Shown: piece by piece, positions 57,201 through 64,000 of the stretch
Layout of the letters: each line of letters begins with the position of its first letter
Position numbering within the stretch: the first letter of the stretch is position 1
Assembly: GCA_965208325.1 (NCBI GenBank)
Contig: OZ242326.1
Span: 2,272,001-2,336,000 of the forward strand
Direction: 5' to 3'
Source of the DNA: Candidatus Poribacteria bacterium
Lineage (GTDB): Bacteria; Poribacteria; WGA-4E; PCPOR2b
DNA: 64,000 nt
The notes under the pieces: generated by a model
What the model was told of the DNA's origin: nothing
Seen by the model: the letters and a program-made list of their open reading frames with translations, nothing else
Database searches by the model: none
Translations under genes and position numbers: made by a program

Positions 57201-60200
57201 ACGTTTACTGTCGAGGTGCAGGAGGACGGAAGTGCTGCCTCCGGAAAAACTGTGTCGTTTAGCATTACCTCCGGCGATGGAAATGCGTCTCTGAACCCTA
57301 CAGACGCAACAACCGACACCAATGGGCAGGCTTCCACCACTATAACACTTGGCAACAATGCGTCCGGAATCTACATAATTACTGCAACCGTCGACTCCGA
57401 ATCCATTAACGGTGCCGCAACAGTTACCCATCCGCCTGCGCAAATTTCAATGAGCCCGTCTAGTGTGGAGTCCCCCGCTGTCGGGCAGCAGTTGCGTTTT
57501 AGTATCAACATTACAGGCGGACTGGATGTGAAGAGTTTCGGATTACACGTGAGATTTGATTCATCTGCACTCTCGTATGTCAGCATGGCATCCGGAGGTT
57601 ACCTCGGTAGTGATTCGAATGTCTTTTCCTTTTCCGCCAATGATCAGGTAACATACAGCGAAAGAACCAGCAATGGTGGGGTAGACGGGGACGGCACGCT
57701 TGCCACGGTAACCTTTACAGTCCTTGAGATTAAGGACTCCACAATAAGGCTGTCAGCCAGTCTAACCAATTCGTCGTCAAATTCAATTGATAATACAGTC
57801 GAAGGCGCTGCCATTACCCGCCCGGCAGTATCACAGACGGGATTATCCATAAGTGTAGTAAGCAGCCCGGGGTCTGGAAATCCCGGCGACGAGTTGACGT
57901 TTACTATTGAGGTCCAAGAGGACGAAAGCGCCGCAACCGGAAAAACGGTGACCTTTAGTATCACTTCAGGCGATGGAAATGCATCTCTGAACCCCGCAAG
58001 CGCAACCACGGACAGCAACGGACAGGCTTCCACGACAATAACGCTTGGAAACAATGCGTCCGGCATCTATATAGTTACTGCAACCGTTGACTCAGAATCT
58101 ATCAACGGGGCCGCAACAGTCATCCCCCCGCCTGCAGAAATTTCAATGAGTCCGTCTAGCGTGGAATCCCCAGCCGTTGGACAGCAGGTGACTTTTGATA
58201 TCAATATTAAGGGCGGTCTGGATGTGAAGGACTATGGAGTCACCGTGGGGTTCGATGCAACGGCACTCTCGTATGACAGCATTGCCTCTGGAGGTTATCT
58301 CGGAAATACGGCGCGCGACAGTACCAGCACCACCAATAATTCCGTATCGTACGGCGAATCTATCACCACTGGCGGGGTGGATGGGGACGGCACGCTTGCC
58401 ACCGTAACTTTTACCGTCCTTGACGTCAAGGACTCCACGCTAGCGCTGTCAGCCAGCCTTAGTAATTCATTGAGACAAATAATATATACAACAGTCGAAG
58501 GCGCCGCGATTACGATTCCGCCGCCGCCAGTATCACCCGCAGGATTATCCATAAGTGTAGTCAGCAGTCCCGGTTCTGGTAATCCCGGCGATGAGTTGAC
58601 GTTTACTATCGAGGTCCAAGAGGACGGAAGCGCCGCTTCAGGAAAAACGGTGTCGTTCAGCATCACTTCCGGCGATGGAAATGCGTCTCTGAACCCTGCA
58701 AGCGCAACGACGGACATCAACGGACAGGCTTCCACGGCTATAACGCTTGGAAACAATGCGTCCGGCATCTTTATAGTTACTGCAACCGTGGACTCAGAAT
58801 CCATCAACGGCGCCGCACTAGTTATCCCCCCGCCTGCGCAAATTTCCATGAGTCCGTCAACCGTAGAGTCACCCGCCGTTGGACAGCAGTTGACTTTTGA
58901 TATCAACATTAAGGGCGGAATTGATGTCGCGAGATTTGGGTTTACCGTGAGATTTGATTCAACTGCACTCTCGTATGTCAGCATCACGTCTGGAAATTAC
59001 CTCGGCAGTGGGGCGCGCGATAGCACCAGCACCATAAACAATTCCGTATTGTACAGCGAACAAATTACCACTGGTGCAGGAGGGGATGGGGATGGCACAC
59101 TTGCCACAGTGACCTTTACCGTCCTAGAGGTCAAGGACTCCACACTAACGCTCGAAGCCAACCTAAGCAACTCATCGTCACATGCAATAGATAAAACCGT
59201 AGAAGGCGCCGCGATTACGATTCCGCCGGAGCCAGTAACACCGTCAGGATTATCAATAAGTGTAGTAACCAGTCCGGGGTCAGGTAACCCCGGTGACGAG
59301 CTGACGTTCACTGTTCAGGTGCAGGAGGACGGAAGCGCCGCATCAGGAAAATCAGTGTCATTCAGTATCACTTCCGGCGATGGAAATGCATCTCTGAACC
59401 CCGCCAGCGCAACCACCGATACCAATGGACAAGCTTCCACTACATTAACGCTCGGAAACAATGCCGCCGGTTCCTACACAGTTACTGCGGCGGTCGGCAC
59501 GGAGTCTGTCAGTGCAGCCGCAACGGTTCAAACGACAATGACCGATCAGAAGAAGGACAATCAACAACAACCGCAGACAGGATTAACGATTAGTGTAGTA
59601 AGCAGTCCCGGAACTGGCAATCCCGGTGACACATTGACGTTTGCTGTCGAGGTTCAGGCGGACGGGAGCGCCGCTTCAGGAAAAACAGTGTCGTTTAGTA
59701 TCACCTCCAGCGATGGTAATGCGTCTTTGAATCCCGAAAGCGCTGCGACGGATACCAAAGGGCGGGCTTCAACAACAATAACACTTGGGGAAAATGCTGC
59801 TGGCTCATACAGAGTTACTGCGGCGGTCGGTACGGAGACTGTCAGCTCGACAGTAACCGTTGAAACGTCAACAACTACCTCGCCGACGCCCAAAACTCTG
59901 GCGGAGGTTTCCGGCAATAATCAGAGCGCCTTGACCGGTAAAGCGTTGGCTAATCCCTTCGTCGTTAAAATTCTAGATCAGCATGACAACCTGTTGGAAG
60001 GAGTCACTGTAACTTTTTCTGTCACCGCAGGCGGCGGTTCGTTGAGCCGTACAAGCTTAGACACGGATGCCGACGGATTAGCAAAAAGCACCCTGGCGCT
60101 TGGCAGCGAGCCGGGTACAAACACGGTTACGGCAAGTGTCGAAGGAATCGCCGAAACCGTAACCTTTAACGCTGTCGCTGAACTGCTCGAATTTGACCTC

Positions 60201-61448
60201 TCAGTGCCTTCCGGTACTAGCTTGATTCACGTGCCGCTAAAAACCAGGACGGTTGACGGGACAACTGCCGCCATCAATTCAATCGCTGACCTGTACGACG
60301 CGCTTGGCGGCGCAGATACGGTTAAGCTCCTTATTACATATAACCGAAATACGCAACAGTGGAATAGCTACCTCGGTGCGGGAAGTAAAGGAGGTACGGC
60401 GGATAGAGCCTTGGCGGCGGACCTTGGAATCGTCGCCAGCTTGAAGTCATCCGTAACCATTCGTATCGGAGGCGACCAACTCGGTTCGGGCGGAACGAGC
60501 ACGATAGGCTTAATCCAAGGCAAGAATCTAATCGGATTGCCGCTGAGGGATTCAAGGATTTCTCGTGTTAGCGACTTGCTTACGCTTGACGGCATTGCCG
60601 ACAACGCGGATGCCGTTACTGTTTCGGTTAACGGATCATTCACGCCGGTTGCGCAAGCCGGCGATGCAGGAGATACTGCAATCACGGGCGGACAAGCCTT
60701 TATCCTCGACGTTTCAAATAATGCGTCGGTTTCTATCTCCGGCAAGGGGTGGGGTAACACTCCCGCCAACACTATGGCTGCGCCGCTGTTGGCGGCGGAG
60801 GACATTAACGTAACTGGAACCACGCCTGTGTTAGCGATGACCGGTGCGATTGTCCACCGTGTGAAAACTACCAATGGAAGAATATTGCGTGTTATCGTCA
60901 AAAACCTCTCAACCGGCATTACCGTAAACAAGGTTATTGAAGTGGCAGGCGGTACTGCATCGTACGTCGCTTATCAACTTACTGTTGTTGATATAAAGCA
61001 CGGACGAGCAGCGGCGATAGGTGATATCCTTGAAATATCCGCCGTTTCTACCGATAACTCTATCAGCGCGCCGCCGCTGCGATACACTGTTACGGCTGAA
61101 GATGTCAAGACCAACCGGATTCAGTCGCCCGAACTAATAGTCCAAGCCATACCTAAGGAAACGCAACTGTTGCCGAACTACCCGAATCCGTTCAACCCGG
61201 AGACCTGGATTCCCTACCGGTTAGCCAACGCTGCCGAGGTGACGTTGGAAATCTACGACGCCGCGGGCAACTTGGTGCGGACCATTGATGTCGGCTTCAA
61301 ACCCGCCGCTGCGTACGATTCGCGTGCCTCGGCGATATACTGGGATGGCCGCAACAACTATGGTGAACCCATCGCCAGCGGCGTGTATTTCTATCACCTG
61401 TTTACGGACGCCTTTTCTGCCGCGCGCAAGATGCTCATCTTGAAATAG
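54201..61448 (+). CDS. Second giant scaffoldin/invasin-like paralogue: 5 cohesin-like + ~13 Big_1-like Ig modules + same C-terminal domain (start may be TTG 54222)
   Basis: Same module motifs as 44461..53643. The last ~730 aa are nearly identical to gene 1. Confidence 0.85.
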   Translation: MHERKYLLKRQIGILAALILLVNYSVIYGATTVSMSPSTVASPAVGQQLSFSINITGGLDVGNFRLVVTFDSNALSYTSTTSGSYLGSSAASSTRATSNSVTHSEGLISTGVDGDGTLATVTFSVLEVKGSTIGLSATLYNPQWESISTTAEGATITSAGLSISNVSEPGAGDPGDELTYTVEVQEDGSAASGKTVSFSITAGDGNASLSPASATTDTDGQASTTITLGASASGSYTVTATVDSKSTTGTATVNPPPPKISMSPSTVASPAVGQQLNFSISINGGMDVAGYLVKVTFDSNALSYASISSGGYLGSSATSSTTTTSDSVTFIEAIGATTGVNGNGTLATVTFTVLEVKASTIGLSATLSNPRIETITSTAEGAVVTNPGLSISNVTGPGSGDPGDELTYTVEVQQDGSAASGKTVSFSITSGDGNASLSPESATTDTDGQASTTITLGENASGSYTVTATVDSKSTTGTATVNPPPPEITISVVTAPGSGDPGDELTFTVEVQEDGSAASGKTVSFSITSGDGNATLNPESATTDTDGQASTTITLGNNASGSYTVTATVDSKSTTGTATVNSTSPGISISVVTAPGSGNPGDELTFTVEVQEDGSAASGKTVSFSITSGDSNASLNPESATTDTNGQASTTITLGANASGSYTVTATVDSKSTTGTATVNPPPPEITISVVTAPGSGDPGDELTFTVEVQEDGSAASGKTVSFSITSGDGNASLSPESATTDTNGQASTTITLGENASGSYTVTATADSKSTTGTATVNPPPPEITISVVTAPGSGDPGDELTFTVEVQEDGSAASGKTVSFSITSGDGNASLSPESATTDTNGQASTTITLGENASGSYTVTAAADSKSTSGTATVNPPPPEITISVVTAPGSGDPGDELTFTVEVQEDGSAASGKTVSFSITSGDGNASLSPESATTDTNGQASTTITLGANASGSYTVTASVDSKSTSGTATVNSTSPATTITVITAPGSGDPGDELTFTVEVQEDGSAASGKTVSFSITSGDGNASLNPTDATTDTNGQASTTITLGNNASGIYIITATVDSESINGAATVTHPPAQISMSPSSVESPAVGQQLRFSINITGGLDVKSFGLHVRFDSSALSYVSMASGGYLGSDSNVFSFSANDQVTYSERTSNGGVDGDGTLATVTFTVLEIKDSTIRLSASLTNSSSNSIDNTVEGAAITRPAVSQTGLSISVVSSPGSGNPGDELTFTIEVQEDESAATGKTVTFSITSGDGNASLNPASATTDSNGQASTTITLGNNASGIYIVTATVDSESINGAATVIPPPAEISMSPSSVESPAVGQQVTFDINIKGGLDVKDYGVTVGFDATALSYDSIASGGYLGNTARDSTSTTNNSVSYGESITTGGVDGDGTLATVTFTVLDVKDSTLALSASLSNSLRQIIYTTVEGAAITIPPPPVSPAGLSISVVSSPGSGNPGDELTFTIEVQEDGSAASGKTVSFSITSGDGNASLNPASATTDINGQASTAITLGNNASGIFIVTATVDSESINGAALVIPPPAQISMSPSTVESPAVGQQLTFDINIKGGIDVARFGFTVRFDSTALSYVSITSGNYLGSGARDSTSTINNSVLYSEQITTGAGGDGDGTLATVTFTVLEVKDSTLTLEANLSNSSSHAIDKTVEGAAITIPPEPVTPSGLSISVVTSPGSGNPGDELTFTVQVQEDGSAASGKSVSFSITSGDGNASLNPASATTDTNGQASTTLTLGNNAAGSYTVTAAVGTESVSAAATVQTTMTDQKKDNQQQPQTGLTISVVSSPGTGNPGDTLTFAVEVQADGSAASGKTVSFSITSSDGNASLNPESAATDTKGRASTTITLGENAAGSYRVTAAVGTETVSSTVTVETSTTTSPTPKTLAEVSGNNQSALTGKALANPFVVKILDQHDNLLEGVTVTFSVTAGGGSLSRTSLDTDADGLAKSTLALGSEPGTNTVTASVEGIAETVTFNAVAELLEFDLSVPSGTSLIHVPLKTRTVDGTTAAINSIADLYDALGGADTVKLLITYNRNTQQWNSYLGAGSKGGTADRALAADLGIVASLKSSVTIRIGGDQLGSGGTSTIGLIQGKNLIGLPLRDSRISRVSDLLTLDGIADNADAVTVSVNGSFTPVAQAGDAGDTAITGGQAFILDVSNNASVSISGKGWGNTPANTMAAPLLAAEDINVTGTTPVLAMTGAIVHRVKTTNGRILRVIVKNLSTGITVNKVIEVAGGTASYVAYQLTVVDIKHGRAAAIGDILEISAVSTDNSISAPPLRYTVTAEDVKTNRIQSPELIVQAIPKETQLLPNYPNPFNPETWIPYRLANAAEVTLEIYDAAGNLVRTIDVGFKPAAAYDSRASAIYWDGRNNYGEPIASGVYFYHLFTDAFSAARKMLILK
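55400..57420 (+). repeat. Seven 297-bp tandem Ig (Big_1-like) units forming a cohesin-free stalk
   Basis: 99-aa period; antisense ORFs at 56138/56435/56732/57029. Confidence 0.9.
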
Positions 61449-62152
61449 TATCAGTTCCCCATTTGAGTGAATGGGATAGACTCCTCTAGCCTTCTCCGAA
61501 ACCCAACGCGTTTTAAAACTCTGGACAACCCCACGGCAAATCAAGCCACCTCAAACACCAAAACTGCTCGTGAAAGAGCGTTTTGCCAGCCCGCCACTTT
61601 AATGGACTGCCCAGGTTTTGGGGATGATTTCCCTCAATCATACAAATCACAGTTCAGACAGTTCCTGCAGGTTGAGATTAACCGAGCGAATGAGCTGCAA
61701 ATGAGCTAATAACGAAGGATCAACCAAATGAATAGTGAGGACGCCTTCATTAGTTTAAAAATGCTTCTCCCACAGTGAGAACGCCTCGTCGGTTCATCCA
61801 ATCTTCATTCCCCTCCTTACCAAGGACGGGTTAGGGGAGGTCAAAAGTTTGGGGTAGGTTCAATCAAACCCCACTTGAATTCTTGTAGGTTGGGATCAAA
61901 TGAGCGAATAGCGAATGCGATAGTTTACCTTAGGGTTAAGCGATCAACCGACCGAATAGCGAGCGATCAAAGGAGCGAACAGCGACCGCGATAGTTTTTT
62001 AGCTCTTGCTAGGGGTCTTTGGTCGAATGAACCCCAAAATAAATCCACATTTTTATCGTAAAGATTCGCGCTCGGGGTCCTAGAATTTCTCGCTACCGGG
62101 CCTTGCTAGCGATAAAGACCAAATACAACCGCTGCGCTCATTAACAAATAGC

Positions 62153-62425
62153 CTATCGCTCCTGCTGTGCTAGAAGTCGGTTTAATTTTTCATCCAGAAC
62201 GTCCAGCCTCTTGTTTCGGGCGTCGGTGCTGTATTTGAACACAATAGCCCAATGAATTGGAATCCAAATGCCGTTCATCACGATTACCGCTAGTAAAGAA
62301 TATATTACAGAATTGGGACTAGTGAGTGAAGTGAGTGAGTGGAAAAGCAAGACTACATTGAACGTGAAGAGCAAGCTCAGGAACACACCGAGACCTATAT
62401 TGATATTGATAAATTTTCGTTTCAC
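62153..62425 (-). CDS. Small two-TM hypothetical membrane protein
   Basis: GTG start with AAGGAG RBS, two hydrophobic helices and a short coiled-coil tail. Confidence 0.6.
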   Translation of the reverse strand: MKRKFININIGLGVFLSLLFTFNVVLLFHSLTSLTSPNSVIYSLLAVIVMNGIWIPIHWAIVFKYSTDARNKRLDVLDEKLNRLLAQQER

Positions 62426-62723
62426 AGCTTGGCTCCTTTCATTTCTTGGCTGGCAGGATTGAGGTATTTAAACCTATACCATGTTACATCTGCGGCAATC
62501 GCCATTTTACGCGGCAACACGGAACGTGTCAAGGTTTTTGCCGGTTTGGGCGTGCAATCAATCGCACGGGTGAATCAAGGGCGCTATCGGCGACTGCGAC
62601 AGAAATTCCATGGGCATCGTGCGCAATCCAAACGCGAATAACTTGAAAAAAGGGTTGCGAAAGCGCAGGTTGCAATGGTACATTTTAACAATAGGGTAAT
62701 TGCAACTTTACAGATACTCAACA

Positions 62724-62865
62724 TTTTCATAGTTTTCATAGTTTCGCGCCGTTCCGATGCGGATTTGATGCGGCGCGAAAACGGGCGGCAGTCCAGTCGT
62801 GGTCGGATCTTCGCGCGGTTTTTATCGGTTCGGACGCGGCACCCTACTATGAAAAACTATGAAAA
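62724..62865. repeat. Inverted pairs of TTTTCATAG repeats enclosing a GC hairpin
   Basis: TTTTCATAG x2 (62724-41), ACTATGAAAA x2 (62846-65), inner TTTCGCGCCG/CGGCGCGAAA (62742-80). Confidence 0.75.
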
Positions 62866-62898
62866 ATTTCAAACCTTACTAAAATATGAGGTGGAACA

Positions 62899-63852
62899 AT
62901 GGCGGAAGAAAAGTCGAAGGCTACACTAAAGGCGGCGCTACTTTCGGATTCAGCGCAGGTAGACCCTTCGGAGCTTAGGTCAGATGTAAGTGAGTTGTTT
63001 AATACATTGAGCGGCTATGACCTTGCAAATTCAGTTGTTGAACGGATTCATCGATATGCGCGGGACACAATGGTAGCTGCACACGGCGGGAGCGGAGGCA
63101 TCGATTTTGACGACTTTAGCTCGTTGGGTCCGCATTACATGGATAAAATACGAGATATAATTCGGCTTAGTTTGGGGTGGTACTTTTCGTCATTTATCTC
63201 TGATTCGCACCGCGAGTATTTTGTTCGCGCTCACGCGCAAGGGATATCCACATCTGATGCAGTTACAGAGTTGATGATGTCAGACCATACGATGAATCGA
63301 TTGGCGCAGCAGGACGCTATGGGGGTGCAGGGACTGCGGAATGCGTTAATTCCGCGTGTAGCCTATCTGAAACCGGGCTCGGCGCGGTGGCCCGAAAAGA
63401 AATACGGAGCGGTGTGGCGCGACGCACGGGAGTCGCATAAGCAGATGGTGAGCGATTTACCGTTGACTTCTAAAGAGGAGCAGATGGCGCTTTTAGCCAA
63501 ACACGCTGAGCGAACCGACCGGAAATTGGAGAAGAATTCGTGTGACGCAAAAGAATATCAACTGCTCACAAATTCGTTGACGCAAACTTTGAAGAACCTG
63601 CGAGAGCTTTCGGAAGTGGAGGTACCGGTTACTGAGAACCTTTCTGCGCTACAGCTAGTCGCCGTATTGGAGAGGCTGACGCTTGCGCTGGGAACACCTG
63701 ATCTAAAGGCGATTGGAAGCGACGCTGAAGAAATTGTTGCGGTTTTGCAGAAATTAACGCTTGCGCTTAAAGCGCCCGAACAGAAGACTGATGGCAATGG
63801 GGCAAAAGCTCTGCCGGCGCCGAATGGTAATGGCGGGGATAACGCAGACTAA
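62899..63852 (+). CDS. Hypothetical protein with DUF2280/phage terminase-small-subunit-like central region
   Basis: GAGGTGG RBS. YFVRAHAQGISTSDAVTEL...KKYGAVWRDARESHKQMVSDLPLTSKEEQMALL resembles by eye the DUF2280 pattern as I recall it. Confidence 0.5.
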   Translation: MAEEKSKATLKAALLSDSAQVDPSELRSDVSELFNTLSGYDLANSVVERIHRYARDTMVAAHGGSGGIDFDDFSSLGPHYMDKIRDIIRLSLGWYFSSFISDSHREYFVRAHAQGISTSDAVTELMMSDHTMNRLAQQDAMGVQGLRNALIPRVAYLKPGSARWPEKKYGAVWRDARESHKQMVSDLPLTSKEEQMALLAKHAERTDRKLEKNSCDAKEYQLLTNSLTQTLKNLRELSEVEVPVTENLSALQLVAVLERLTLALGTPDLKAIGSDAEEIVAVLQKLTLALKAPEQKTDGNGAKALPAPNGNGGDNAD

Positions 63853-64000
63853 AACGCTTGCGCGGCGGATTGGGAATTTGGACGTTGGGGGAGTAGCTGA
63901 AGGGCAATTTTATTCATATACTTTACCCTGTTTAGTATATATCGGTCTAATGCGTTCATTTGTGCTGGCGGGTGTCCGAATGTAAGATTGACTACTTGGG

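Noticed and set aside
44551..57420. CRISPR array suggested by regular repeats
   Set aside because: Periods of 297, 687 and 708 bp are in-frame protein modules. There are no short repeat-spacer units and no cas genes.
44742..60931. Many recurrent minus-strand ORFs within the giant genes
   Set aside because: Antisense shadows of the repetitive Thr/Ser/Gly-rich coding strand.
44461..61448. Diversity-generating retroelement as the source of module variability
   Set aside because: No reverse transcriptase or template repeat in the window. Differences include indels and non-adenine changes.
37713..61998. Integron attC sites as the identity of the 35-bp repeat
   Set aside because: Lacks RYYYAAC/GTTRRRY ends and hairpin symmetry, and no intI is present.
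34048..64000. Integrative element or prophage inserted at the tRNAs
   Set aside because: No integrase and no duplicated tRNA 3' end (att site) seen in the window.

Overview
Bacterial chromosomal window. Gene content points by inference to Candidatus Poribacteria (sponge-symbiont lineage): LamG proteins ending in a TTWxxIK tail, a PhyH-family dioxygenase, TPR/HEAT/CRTAC1 proteins, 'LLPNYPNPFNPETWIPY' C-terminal domains and archaeal-type pantoate kinase/phosphopantothenate synthetase. Bases 1-31 kb are mostly minus-strand genes: a VWA protein, a LamG-cohesin protein, a frameshifted ~2,890-aa TPR-thioredoxin gene, htpG, a PorV-like gene plus tonB, ino1, the PoK/PPS pair, LamG paralogues and prmA. 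Bases 31-34 kb hold rplM, rpsI, purA, tRNA-Lys and tRNA-Glu. Bases 34-64 kb are a repeat-rich accessory region. Its main feature is two tandem giant secreted proteins (3060 and 2415 aa) built of 9 and 5 cohesin-like modules alternating with invasin/Big_1-like Ig modules. The cohesin-like modules vary mainly in three segments that map by eye to the dockerin-binding face, suggesting a diversifying scaffoldin-like surface system. The same region has a doubly inactivated hicA beside an intact hicB, an oriented ~35-bp intergenic repeat family and a DUF2280/terminase-small-like gene with a structured upstream region. All domain calls are by-eye motif recognition; no searches were run.
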